Source of the DNA: Nitrospirota bacterium
GTDB taxonomy: Bacteria > Nitrospirota > UBA9217
DNA: 64,000 nucleotides
Assembly: GCA_963845065.1 (NCBI GenBank)
Contig: CAWJQQ010000009.1
Coordinates: 224,001-288,000, forward strand
Reading direction: 5' to 3'
Position numbers and translations under genes: made by a program. The notes beneath the pieces are model-generated. The model was given only the letters and a program-made list of their open reading frames with translations, did no database searches and was not told where the DNA came from. Positions 31,247 through 41,074 of this stretch are shown here, in pieces; positions within the stretch are counted from its first letter, which is position 1, and each line of letters begins with the position of its first letter.

Positions 31247-34200
31247 ATGTTATCCAAAATCATAGAAATTTCAGCGCGCAATAAATTCCTCGTTTTTCTC
31301 GTTGTAGGGTTTCTCACCGTGTGGGGGATCTGGGCGGTCTACCATACCCCGCTCGACGCCATCCCGGACCTTTCAGACGTGCAGGTGATCGTGTATACCA
31401 ATTGGACAGGCAGGAGCCCGGACTTGGTAGAGGACCAGATAACCTATCCCATTGTCTCGACGTTGCTCGCGGCGCCAAAAGTTCGCGTGGTCCGCGGTAA
31501 ATCATTTCTCGGCACGTCCTTCGTCTATGTCATCTTCGAAGACGGCACTGACATCTACTGGGCAAGGAGCCGAGTACTCGAATATCTTCAGGGTGTTCAA
31601 AGCAAACTGCCGGCGGGTGTGACTCCGCAGCTCGGTCCTGATGCCACCGGCGTGGGATGGGGGTTCCAGTATGCCCTGGAGGATGAAAGTGGGAAAAACG
31701 ATCTTTCACAGCTCCGATCGCTTCAAGACTGGACCCTCAAGTATGCAATTGAGTCAGTGCCCGGAGTTTCCGAGGTGGCGAGCGTAGGTGGCTTCGTGAA
31801 ACAGTACCAGATTGCCGTGGATCCGAATCGGCTCGCGGCGTATAAGCTTCCACTCGCTAAGGTAATAGACGCCGTCAGACGGAGTAACCGCGACGTTGAA
31901 GGCAGGGTCGTGGAATGGTCCGGAAGGGAGTACATGGTCCGCGGCCGCGGCTACATCCATGACAAGTCGGACATCGAGAAGATAGCCGTGGGCACAAATG
32001 AGAAAGGAACGCCCATCCTGCTCCGAGACATTAGCGAGGTCCAGCTCGGCCCGGAAATCCGGCGTGGTAGCTCTGACCTGGACGGGAAAGGCGAGACCGT
32101 AGGCGGCATTGTCGTCGTCCGCTTCGGAGAGAACGTCCTCAACGTGATCGAACGGGTAAAAGCAAAAATCAAAGAGCTACAGCCATCACTGCCCGAAGGG
32201 GTCAAGATTGTAACTACCTACGACCGATCTGAGCTTATTCACCGCTCTGTAGAGACTCTCCGCGAAGAAGTAATAAAACTTGGCATCGCCGTAAGCGTGG
32301 TTTGCATCATTTTTCTCTTCCATTTTCCCAGTGCTCTTGTTGTGATTCTGACCTTGCCAGTGTCGATCCTGATCTCCTTCATCTGCATGTATTATCTCAA
32401 GATCAGCTCGAACATCATGAGCCTGGGCGGCATCGCCATAGCCATAGGCGCCATGGTTGACGCCTCTATCATTATGGTTGAGAACGCGCATAAAAAGCTT
32501 GAAGAGTGGGAAAAGAGCGGGATGGTCCACGGCTCGCGCGTCGACGTGATCATCAACGCTGCGAAAGAGGTCGGACCGTCTCTCTTCTTTTCGCTGCTGG
32601 TGATAACAGTCGGTTTTCTGCCGATCTTCACCCTTGAGGAGCAGGCAGGCAGACTGTTTAAGCCTTTGGCGTACACCAAGACTTTTGCCATGCTCTTCGC
32701 GAGCTTTCTCGCGATCACGCTGACGCCGGTCTTGATGACGCTTTTCATCAGGGGAAAGATCAGGCATGAGGACAACAACCCTATAAGTCATGTTCTCACG
32801 AAAATTTATCATCCTGTTGCGCGGTTCGCTCTCCGGTACCGGAAGTTCGTTATTATCACGGCGATCATTATTGTTCTAGCCTCGGTTTTTCCCTATACCA
32901 AACTGGGTTCAGAGTTCATGCCGCCGTTGTACGAGGGCACGCTGCTGTTCATGCCATCATCCGTGCCAGGCGCCTCCATCACAACGATGAGCGAGGTGCT
33001 TCAGGCGGAGGACCGCATCATCAAAGAGTTCCCTGAGGTGGCGCGCGTCTTCGGCAAGGCAGGCCGGGCTGAGACACCGACCGATCCTGCACCGCTCGAG
33101 ATGGTCGAGACGAATATAACCTTAAAGCCCATGAGCCAGTGGCGGCCGCAGTACACGAAGTGGGAAGACCTTCGCGATGACATAGACTCTGCCCTTACCA
33201 TGCCCGGCGTGGCAAACACCTGGACCATGCCGATCATCGGCAGAATTGATATGCTTGCGACGGGCATCCGGACGCCTTTAGGCATGAAGATATACGGCCC
33301 CCATCTCGACGGAATCGAACGCATTGGCCTGGATCTGGAACAGACTCTTCGCACCGTACCGGGTACGCGCAGCGTCTACGCTGAACGGGCCAATACGGGC
33401 TACTTTCTCGATTTCGACATCAACCGCGACGAAATCAGCAGATACGGTCTCACGATCGAGGATGTGCAGGAAGTGATTGAGTCTGCCATCGGTGGCATGA
33501 ATCTGACGACGACGGTCGAGGGCAGGGAGCGGTATCCCGTGAACATCCGATACGGCCGGGAGCTCCGGAACGATATCGACAATCTTAAACGAGTGCTGAT
33601 ACCGACGGCGAAAGGTGCCCAGATCCCTTTGGACCAGCTTGCTGACATCAAGGTGACGCGCGGCCCCGGTATGATCCAGAGTGAGGGAGGGAGGCTTACC
33701 GCCGCAGTGACTCTTGGCATTGAAGGAAGCGATTATGGCGGCTACGTGCAGAGGGCCAGCAGGGAGATTGCCGAGAAGGTGAAGATCCCTCCGGGCTATA
33801 CAATCCAGTGGAGCGGGCAGTACGAGTACATGGAGAATGTCAAAGCCAAACTCTTTTACGTGATTCCGCTCACGCTTTTAATCATTATCGTGCTGATCTA
33901 TCTCAACACGGAATCGTTCACCAAGACCACGATTGTGCTGCTGGCAGTCCCATTCTCGCTTGTGGGCGCGGTCTGGTTCCTCTATCTCCTGGGCTACCAC
34001 ATGAGTACTGCGGTTTGGGTCGGCGTCATTGCCCTGGCGGGCCTCGACGCGGAGACGGGCATTGTGATGCTGCTCTACCTCGATTTGTCATACAACCGGT
34101 GGCACCAGGAAGGAAGAATCAATGCACTCCAGGACATTGAGGCCTCGGTGATGGAGGGAGCGGTTAAGAGAATCAGGCCCAAGATCATGACGGTGTCGGT

Positions 34201-34387
34201 GATCCTGGCGGGCCTCGTGCCAATCATGTTCTCAAACGGGACTGGCGCGGACGTTATGAAGCGGATCGCAGCACCTATGATCGGCGGCGTGGTGACATCG
34301 ACGATATTAGAGCTGATCATTTATCCCGCGATTTACGTGATTTGGAAAGAGAGAGACCTGAGAAGGGCGGTAAACGGCGGACTGTAA
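31247..34387 (+). CDS. cusA: CusA/CzcA heavy-metal RND efflux permease
   Basis: LDAIPDLSDVQV, GPDATGVGW, AIGAMVDA, EFMPPL, DPAPLEM and RPKIMT; the Met positions are CusA-type. Confidence 0.95.
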   Translation: MLSKIIEISARNKFLVFLVVGFLTVWGIWAVYHTPLDAIPDLSDVQVIVYTNWTGRSPDLVEDQITYPIVSTLLAAPKVRVVRGKSFLGTSFVYVIFEDGTDIYWARSRVLEYLQGVQSKLPAGVTPQLGPDATGVGWGFQYALEDESGKNDLSQLRSLQDWTLKYAIESVPGVSEVASVGGFVKQYQIAVDPNRLAAYKLPLAKVIDAVRRSNRDVEGRVVEWSGREYMVRGRGYIHDKSDIEKIAVGTNEKGTPILLRDISEVQLGPEIRRGSSDLDGKGETVGGIVVVRFGENVLNVIERVKAKIKELQPSLPEGVKIVTTYDRSELIHRSVETLREEVIKLGIAVSVVCIIFLFHFPSALVVILTLPVSILISFICMYYLKISSNIMSLGGIAIAIGAMVDASIIMVENAHKKLEEWEKSGMVHGSRVDVIINAAKEVGPSLFFSLLVITVGFLPIFTLEEQAGRLFKPLAYTKTFAMLFASFLAITLTPVLMTLFIRGKIRHEDNNPISHVLTKIYHPVARFALRYRKFVIITAIIIVLASVFPYTKLGSEFMPPLYEGTLLFMPSSVPGASITTMSEVLQAEDRIIKEFPEVARVFGKAGRAETPTDPAPLEMVETNITLKPMSQWRPQYTKWEDLRDDIDSALTMPGVANTWTMPIIGRIDMLATGIRTPLGMKIYGPHLDGIERIGLDLEQTLRTVPGTRSVYAERANTGYFLDFDINRDEISRYGLTIEDVQEVIESAIGGMNLTTTVEGRERYPVNIRYGRELRNDIDNLKRVLIPTAKGAQIPLDQLADIKVTRGPGMIQSEGGRLTAAVTLGIEGSDYGGYVQRASREIAEKVKIPPGYTIQWSGQYEYMENVKAKLFYVIPLTLLIIIVLIYLNTESFTKTTIVLLAVPFSLVGAVWFLYLLGYHMSTAVWVGVIALAGLDAETGIVMLLYLDLSYNRWHQEGRINALQDIEASVMEGAVKRIRPKIMTVSVILAGLVPIMFSNGTGADVMKRIAAPMIGGVVTSTILELIIYPAIYVIWKERDLRRAVNGGL

Positions 34388-34477
34388 AGAAAATGCAGGA
34401 TGCGTGAAAGAAAATAAACCGGACATTGTGTATTTCAGCAATGATTTTCATTGTAATTAAATCGAAGGAGGATCGGA

Positions 34478-34879
34478 ATGATGAAAAAGAACTTTTTGGT
34501 GGTTCTGGCAGGTGCAATGTTGTTGTCGCTAATCGTAGGTTGTTCAAAGGGCTATGTCTCGCAAAAAACGGCGGCTGGCACGACTATCACGCTTAAAGCA
34601 GAACGGTACCCACTAATCAAGGGTGACAACAACATGTCTGTTAAAGTGGCCGATTCGTCGGGAAAATCTTTGAGCTCCGCCATGGTGATGGCACGTTACT
34701 ATATGCCGGCCATGCCCGGTATGGCGCCCATGGAATATAATTCCATGGCCCAGGCGAAGGGCGAAGAATATGGATTCACCGCCAATATCCCGATGGAAGG
34801 TGGCTGGAAGATTGACGTGACGGCGACGCAGCCGGAAAAACCGGCGGTCACTGCTACATTCAATGTCGATGCCAGGTAA
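34478..34879 (+). CDS. YtkA/FixH-like lipoprotein, Met-rich putative copper binder
   Basis: Lipobox IVGC; YYMPAMPGMAPM ... MEGGW motif. Confidence 0.8.
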   Translation: MMKKNFLVVLAGAMLLSLIVGCSKGYVSQKTAAGTTITLKAERYPLIKGDNNMSVKVADSSGKSLSSAMVMARYYMPAMPGMAPMEYNSMAQAKGEEYGFTANIPMEGGWKIDVTATQPEKPAVTATFNVDAR

Positions 34880-35053
34880 AGACACGGCATTTGTTGTCCA
34901 AGGCAACAGTCATGACGCGGTGGGGTAATTTCGAATAGTGTACGTGATAATATGCATCAAGGAAGAAGTTCCTTTGTTCAGGTCATATACGATACACGAT
35001 AGGATTGTTATCACCATCGCTGATGAAAAAGCCGATGAAGCAGCAAACTTTAC

Positions 35054-36717
35054 CAAACTATCCGCAGAAAGCCCCTGGTTTTAACCATGGGGATGAATGC
35101 GGGAACCTTGTTTTCCGGCAATTAGTAGACAAATGTACATCTATGTGGTATATTTAAACAACCAATGCCGAATAAACCTAAAACCCCATCTTTTATCCAC
35201 GAGTTTCAACTCGTAGCGACTCCAAAGGGCAATCGAATGCTCGATGCCCGGCCCGAAGCTGGCCGTTATCTGTACAATGCCTGCCTTGGTGAAGCGATGA
35301 AGCGTCTTACTGCCATGCGGCGATCAGAGAAATGGCTCGTGGCGATCACGAAGAAGAAAAGCAAGCTTCGCACCAAGATGTTTAAGACAGCCAGAACCCA
35401 GGCTGAATATACTGAATACCACCTTCATAACTACGTCGGTATCCTCCGCAATTCCTGCTGGATCAGTGAGCATATTGACAGCCTGACCGCCCAGAAGATA
35501 GCATCTCGAGCATATAGCGCCGTCGCTGACTACGAGTTTGGGAAGCATGGCAAACCACGTTTCAAGCGCCATGGCTGGATGTCGTCCCTTGAAGGTAAAA
35601 ACAACAAATCTGGTATTCGGTGGTGCGATGACCATGTGGAGTGGACCGGCCTTCGTCTCAACTGTGTCTTCGACAAGAAAGACAAGTTTGGTGTTCAGGC
35701 TCATGCACTTAGCCATGATGTCAAGTACGTTCGTCTGGTCAAGAAAACTATCCGCGGCAATCCCCGCTGGTTTGCCCAACTTGTGCTTAAAGGCACGGCC
35801 AAGATCAAGCGTGAGAACCAGATTGGCACCGAAACTGTCGGCCTTGATATTGGCCCGTCGACAGTTGCCATCGTTGGTGATACCGATGCGTTACTACTCG
35901 AATTTTGCCCTGAAGTCGAGATACCGTTTAAACGTATCAAGACCGTCCAGCGCAAAATGGCCAGAAGCCTTCGTGCTACCAACCCGGGCAACTACAACGG
36001 AGACAAAACCATCAAAACAGGTAAAAAACAGTGGGTCTTTTCTGTTCAATACCGTGTTCTTAAAGCTAATTTCGCCGAACTTCAAAGGATCCTTGCTGAA
36101 ACCAGAAAACGGTCTCATGGCAAGCTCGTGAACAAAGTCCTCACTCTCGGTACCGACATCAAAACCGAGAAACTGTCGTACAAAGCATTTCAGAAACTCT
36201 ATGGTAAAAGTATTTCGCGACGAGCTCCGGGGATGTTTATGTCGATGCTTCACCACAAAGCCGAAAACGCTGGCGGTAAAGTAACCGAGTTTTCTACCCG
36301 GAGCACAAAGCTTTCCCATACATGCCATTGCGGAACAGTAGCCAAAAAATCATTGTCCCAAAGATGGCATGCCTGCAACTGCGGGGTAAGCACCCAGCGT
36401 GATCTCTATTCCGCATTCCTTGCAAAGTATGTTTCTAACGATGTCCTCGACACGCGTCAGGCTGCCAAAGCCTGGCCGGGTGCAAACCTGCTCCTGGAAC
36501 GGGCGGTGTCGAGAGTGCAACAACAAGCGGCAACGGGTCGAATTCATCCGACCAGCTTCGGTATCAAGCAAGAGAACACCACGAACCGGAGACAGAGCTG
36601 CTCGTCCGTTAAAGGCGGATCAACGACAGTCGAGGCCGACAACGTTCGTATTGTTGCCGGAGAGCCTGTCGGTACAGCCGCTAGAACCCCCTGGCTTTAG
36701 ACATGGGGAGTGGTCAG
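35054..36717 (+). mobile_element. IS200/IS605-family TnpB-only element, copy 2 (1664 bp)
   Basis: TTAC at 35050-35053; same ends as copy 1; ends TCAG. Confidence 0.93.
35165..36700 (+). CDS. tnpB: TnpB RNA-guided endonuclease (511 aa)
   Basis: Same RuvC D-E-D and Zn finger motifs as copy 1. Confidence 0.92.
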   Translation: MPNKPKTPSFIHEFQLVATPKGNRMLDARPEAGRYLYNACLGEAMKRLTAMRRSEKWLVAITKKKSKLRTKMFKTARTQAEYTEYHLHNYVGILRNSCWISEHIDSLTAQKIASRAYSAVADYEFGKHGKPRFKRHGWMSSLEGKNNKSGIRWCDDHVEWTGLRLNCVFDKKDKFGVQAHALSHDVKYVRLVKKTIRGNPRWFAQLVLKGTAKIKRENQIGTETVGLDIGPSTVAIVGDTDALLLEFCPEVEIPFKRIKTVQRKMARSLRATNPGNYNGDKTIKTGKKQWVFSVQYRVLKANFAELQRILAETRKRSHGKLVNKVLTLGTDIKTEKLSYKAFQKLYGKSISRRAPGMFMSMLHHKAENAGGKVTEFSTRSTKLSHTCHCGTVAKKSLSQRWHACNCGVSTQRDLYSAFLAKYVSNDVLDTRQAAKAWPGANLLLERAVSRVQQQAATGRIHPTSFGIKQENTTNRRQSCSSVKGGSTTVEADNVRIVAGEPVGTAARTPWL

Positions 36718-37030
36718 CTTGAGACACGCTGCGGCCGCTTTTGCCGGCGATGGCTATCGTTGCCGTATCGCCGATGGACCATGCGGTACACATCTGGACA
36801 AAGGACACCCAAACTAACGAAAAAGCTGCCGAACGCTTGAAAAGCATGGGAGAGTAGAGTAGGATGATGGGAAAGATCATTGAGGAAAAGAGTTGTCGCC
36901 TCAATAATGAGCTTGATGTATTGGAAAACCCTCGTCCAGGAACTTTACTGTCGAGGCGCGAAGATAAAAGCCCGGAGCCGGAGTCAGGGGTCCGGAGTGC
37001 ATGCCGTGTTTCGGCGTTCTGATTTCCTGT

Positions 37031-38134
37031 ATGAGCATATCGGCATTTAAACAAATCAAGAACATCAGAGTGTATGTGCTCGCGGGCCTCCTCGTGATTA
37101 TCTCGCTCATGCATTACATCGCAGGCGGGGCGGTAGCGGGCATACTCCACGGTCTTCTCGGTCATCTTTACATCGTACCGATCATCCTCGGTGCTTACTG
37201 GTATGGGTTGAAAGGCGGTGTGCTCGTAGCCATAACATCAGCCGCTTTGTTTTCTCCCCATCTTTTCCTGCACTGGCATGACCCATTCATGGAGGTTTAT
37301 AATTACGTCGAATTATTTCTATTTTTCCTGATCGGAGGAGTTACCGGCGTGCTGAGCCAGATGGAGAGAAACCAGCGCATGCGGTATGAAGAAGCGCTAC
37401 AACGGCTCGATGAATCACACCGGAAACTTAAGGAACAAACCGATGTGTTGTTCCAGACCGAAGAACATCTAAGACGGGCCGATCGTTTGTCAGCGCTGGG
37501 CGAGCTGTCGGCGGGTCTGGCTCATGAGATCCGAAATCCGCTCGGCTCGATCAAGGGAGCCGTCGAGATACTGAAGGATGACTATTCACCGGACGAGGCC
37601 AAGTATGAGTTCATCCAGATCCTTCTGAAGGAAACGGACCGGCTGAACACCATCGTGCAGGAGTACCTCGGTTTTGCCCGGCCTAAACATCCCGAGCTTC
37701 AGCTAGTCGACGTAAACGAGACGATTGAGTCCGTGCTGACGTTGACAGCTCAGGAGGCCAGGAGATCGGGCGTCGGGATCGAGAAAAAACTCGATCCCTC
37801 CATCGGGAATAGGAATCTTGATGCCGGGTTGCTCAACCAGGCGTTCCTGAACATTGTTCTGAACGCCATCCAGGCAATGCCGCATGGAGGGCGGCTGACC
37901 GTGGAAACCGGTCTTCGGAATAAAATGCTGGAAGTAAAGATCGCTGATACTGGGAGCGGTATACCAGAGGAAAACAGGAAAAAGCTCTTCAGCCCATTTT
38001 TCACGACGAAGAAAAATGGTACTGGCCTCGGTCTCGCGATCACCTACCGAATCATCGAGAACCACCGCGGCACGATAGATGTCTCGAGTGAGCCGGGCAG
38101 GGGAACGACGTTTACTGTGAAGATTCCCCTATAA
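37031..38134 (+). CDS. membrane sensor histidine kinase with His-rich TM region
   Basis: 4 TM; H-box LAHEIRNPL, NAIQAM, DTGSGI, GTGLGL. Confidence 0.92.
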   Translation: MSISAFKQIKNIRVYVLAGLLVIISLMHYIAGGAVAGILHGLLGHLYIVPIILGAYWYGLKGGVLVAITSAALFSPHLFLHWHDPFMEVYNYVELFLFFLIGGVTGVLSQMERNQRMRYEEALQRLDESHRKLKEQTDVLFQTEEHLRRADRLSALGELSAGLAHEIRNPLGSIKGAVEILKDDYSPDEAKYEFIQILLKETDRLNTIVQEYLGFARPKHPELQLVDVNETIESVLTLTAQEARRSGVGIEKKLDPSIGNRNLDAGLLNQAFLNIVLNAIQAMPHGGRLTVETGLRNKMLEVKIADTGSGIPEENRKKLFSPFFTTKKNGTGLGLAITYRIIENHRGTIDVSSEPGRGTTFTVKIPL

Positions 38135-38309
38135 AACCAGCCACAGAGATACTGAGAAGCGGAAAGAAGAGAGAAATATAATACGCTCGTAAAGCAAAAA
38201 ACCGAGTTGAGACTTTAATTAATTCGCAGGATTTTCATAAGTGCTTATTTATGTGTTATACGATCGATTTTTTGTTTCTTCCCGTATTTCTGTGGCAAAA
38301 TTATCATTC

Positions 38310-39662
38310 ATGAAAAAATCTTTTATCCTTGTCATAGATGATGACGACAGCCTGCGCCGGGTCATGGAGTTCAGTCTGACTGAAGCGGGATACCGGGTCC
38401 AGACCGCAGCAAGCGGCGAAGAAGGCCTGCGCCTCTTTGAGAAAAACACCTTTGACGCCGTAATTTCAGACATTACCATGCCTGGTATGGGCGGCATGGA
38501 GGTCCTGGTGAAGATTCGCGAGCTGGATGCTCAAGTCCCAGTGGTCATGATAACTGCTTATGGTACGATTGAGAGCGCCGTCGATGCGATGAAGCGGGGG
38601 GCATTCGATTATATTACTAAACCGTTCAACCGCGATGAGCTGCGGCTTACACTCGACAAGGCGCTCAGGATGCGCAGACTCGAGAAGGAAAATACCGAGC
38701 TCAGGTCCGCAGTCACGGACCGCTACCGTTTCGATAGCATCATCGGCAGCAGTGATATACTTCGTGAAGTACTCGACTCGGCCGGCCGTGTGGCGGCAAG
38801 CGATGCTACAGTACTGATCACCGGTGAGCGTGGGACAGGGAAAGAACTTCTCGCGAAGGGCATCCATTTCAACAGCTCCCGCGCTGAGGGCCCCTTCGTT
38901 GCGGTCAACTGCGCGGCCATCCCGGAACCGCTGATTGAGAGCGAGTTGTTCGGCCATGTTAAGGGGGCCTTTACCGGCGCAAGCAGGGATAAGGAGGGCA
39001 AGTTCGAACTTGCCGACGGAGGAACAGTTCTGCTGGATGAGATCGGGGAGCTTCGTATCGATCTCCAGGCAAAAATACTCCGTGTCCTGCAGGAACGGAC
39101 CGTCGACCGGCTTGGTGACACGAAATCCATTTCCGTGGATGTCCGGGTCATTGCTTCGACGAACCGGGACATCGAACAGGCAATCAAGGATGGCAAATTC
39201 CGCGAAGACCTGTATGATCGCATAAACGTGGTGGGCCTCAGAATGCCGCCTCTCCGCGAGCGCAGGGAAGACGTCCCGCTGCTCGTACAGTATTTTCTCA
39301 AAAAATTCAACAAGAATACATCGGTTGGCATCGAACAGGAAGCCATGGCCGTGCTCCAATCATACGGCTGGCCCGGCAACGTGCGCGAACTCGAGAGCGT
39401 GATCGAGCGGGCATCGGTGCTGAAGCGAGGAAGCCTCGTAACGCCCGCCGATCTGCCAGAGAAACTCAAAAAAGAAAAAAACAGCGTAGAGAATATCCTA
39501 CTGAACTTGCCGGAAGAAGGCATCGCGCTCGAGGAATTGGAAAAGAGCCTCATCGTCAAGGCGCTCGAAAAGAACAAAGGTAACCAGACACGTGCCGCCG
39601 AATACCTGGGCATCACGAGGCCGACACTCATTTACCGGATGGAAAAATTCGGGCTCAAATGA
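38310..39662 (+). CDS. sigma54-dependent NtrC-family response regulator
   Basis: REC domain, GERGTGKE Walker A, ESELFGH..GAFTGA, WPGNVREL, Fis HTH. Confidence 0.95.
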   Translation: MKKSFILVIDDDDSLRRVMEFSLTEAGYRVQTAASGEEGLRLFEKNTFDAVISDITMPGMGGMEVLVKIRELDAQVPVVMITAYGTIESAVDAMKRGAFDYITKPFNRDELRLTLDKALRMRRLEKENTELRSAVTDRYRFDSIIGSSDILREVLDSAGRVAASDATVLITGERGTGKELLAKGIHFNSSRAEGPFVAVNCAAIPEPLIESELFGHVKGAFTGASRDKEGKFELADGGTVLLDEIGELRIDLQAKILRVLQERTVDRLGDTKSISVDVRVIASTNRDIEQAIKDGKFREDLYDRINVVGLRMPPLRERREDVPLLVQYFLKKFNKNTSVGIEQEAMAVLQSYGWPGNVRELESVIERASVLKRGSLVTPADLPEKLKKEKNSVENILLNLPEEGIALEELEKSLIVKALEKNKGNQTRAAEYLGITRPTLIYRMEKFGLK

Positions 39663-40376
39663 CATAATGCATCATGCACGTTCCAAATGGACTACGGAAC
39701 CACATATTGATCAAAGAATGATCACTCGCTTATTGAAGGGACATCTCACAGTTTCGGAGTCTGCCGGCGGCTGAGCAAGGTAGACTCCTATCGACCGTTC
39801 GATCCCGATTGTTAGCTGATTCTAAATTTGCTAGTGGACGCCTGAACTGCTCCGCGAGTTCTCTGCTCGGAATGCTCAGGTAGAGGAATGTAGTTCTTGG
39901 GGGACGGCAATTTTCTTCACACGTTCATGCAAGGCTTTTTGTCTTTGCCTTTTCAAACCCTTTCTTTCCTGCCTAGTGACAGAGACCTGCGACCACGAAG
40001 TTCCGGCGGAATCAATCTCGTCCGATATGCGTTATTTCGTAATCGACGGTTGTAATGAACAGAACAATTGAAAGCTACAAACAGGCGCGTAGACATGCAG
40101 TATCGGAAAGGATGGCCTCGGAGTTAAGCTGTATTCCGATTTTTACCTTGTAGTGGATCGATAGCGAAATTGCGATAATGGGGATGACGGAAACGGCAAT
40201 GCCCTAGAAAGTAGTGTCAGGCTTACGCCCGATAAGGATTGACAGCAGCGGTAATCGAGAGGCTTATAGCCAGGACGTAGAATCCGATTCCTGTGATTTA
40301 GTGAGCAGTGTGCTCGTAATGGTCGAGGTCTTATTCGTGGTTCTTCCCGATGCTCCGCCCCAGCAAGAGATCCCAA

Positions 40377-40934
40377 TTACATCTTGCCAAGCATCCTAAT
40401 GGTTTCGTCCGCACTTGATACCTTCGCAAAAACTGCGCTTAATGCGGCCATATACGACCCGTGGACTTGGCTCGCGGGAATATCGGTACCTTGAAAAACC
40501 AGGTTTCTTGCTGCACAGGCATCGTGGGCAATTATACATTTATACCCTTTGTCGAAGGCTGCCCGTACGGTCGCGTCAATGCACATATGCGACATCATCC
40601 CGCAGATTACCAGTTCCTTGATCCCCCTCGAGAGAAGATGCTCCTGCAGTCCCGTATCCCGAAAACTGTTCGGGAAATTTTTTTTGAAAATGGTTTCATT
40701 GGCCAATGGCGTGACGTTTTCGTGAAAGTTTATTCCCACCGTGTCAGGCAAAAAAAATGTCGCGTCGATGCGCTTAGAAATATGCTGAATATGGATAACC
40801 GGCAATTTCTTTTTTCTGAAAATTTCTAACAGCCTTTTTGCGGCTCGGCTTGCCTCGACTGCTCCAACTACCTCCATCTTTCCCCCTGGAAAATAGTCTT
40901 GCTGTATATCTACTAACACCAGTGCGGAATTCAT
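40377..40934 (-). CDS. isochorismatase-family cysteine hydrolase
   Basis: ALVLVDIQQDY, K..PNSF..T and GMMSHMCIDAT.RAA.D.GY. Confidence 0.92.
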   Translation of the reverse strand: MNSALVLVDIQQDYFPGGKMEVVGAVEASRAAKRLLEIFRKKKLPVIHIQHISKRIDATFFLPDTVGINFHENVTPLANETIFKKNFPNSFRDTGLQEHLLSRGIKELVICGMMSHMCIDATVRAAFDKGYKCIIAHDACAARNLVFQGTDIPASQVHGSYMAALSAVFAKVSSADETIRMLGKM

Positions 40935-41074
40935 GGTTTCTCCTCGCTAGTAAGCTTGTTTAAGAACGTCGCACACCTCGTAACTCCGGTCGACAGTCCT
41001 TCTGATCTCCACTCCGAGCTTTTTATTGCCGCATTGGGGGGGGAATGTTCCCATCACCCTGCGATCATTACCTG

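Larger units (their letters stand above)
34944..36856 (+). pseudogene. P-II-like protein gene remnant interrupted by TnpB element copy 2
   Basis: Joining 35053|36718 restores RIVITIADEKADEAANFTLRHAAAAFAGDG, then (+1 frameshift) IVAVSPMDHAVHIWTKD. This matches the P-II C-terminal GDG..VSP....I.T pattern. Confidence 0.65.

Noticed and set aside
38466..39631. Long antisense ORFs (297 and 302 aa) opposite the NtrC regulator, and similar ones opposite cusA, leuA and hcp
   Set aside because: These are typical shadow ORFs of GC-rich coding sequence with no recognisable motifs.
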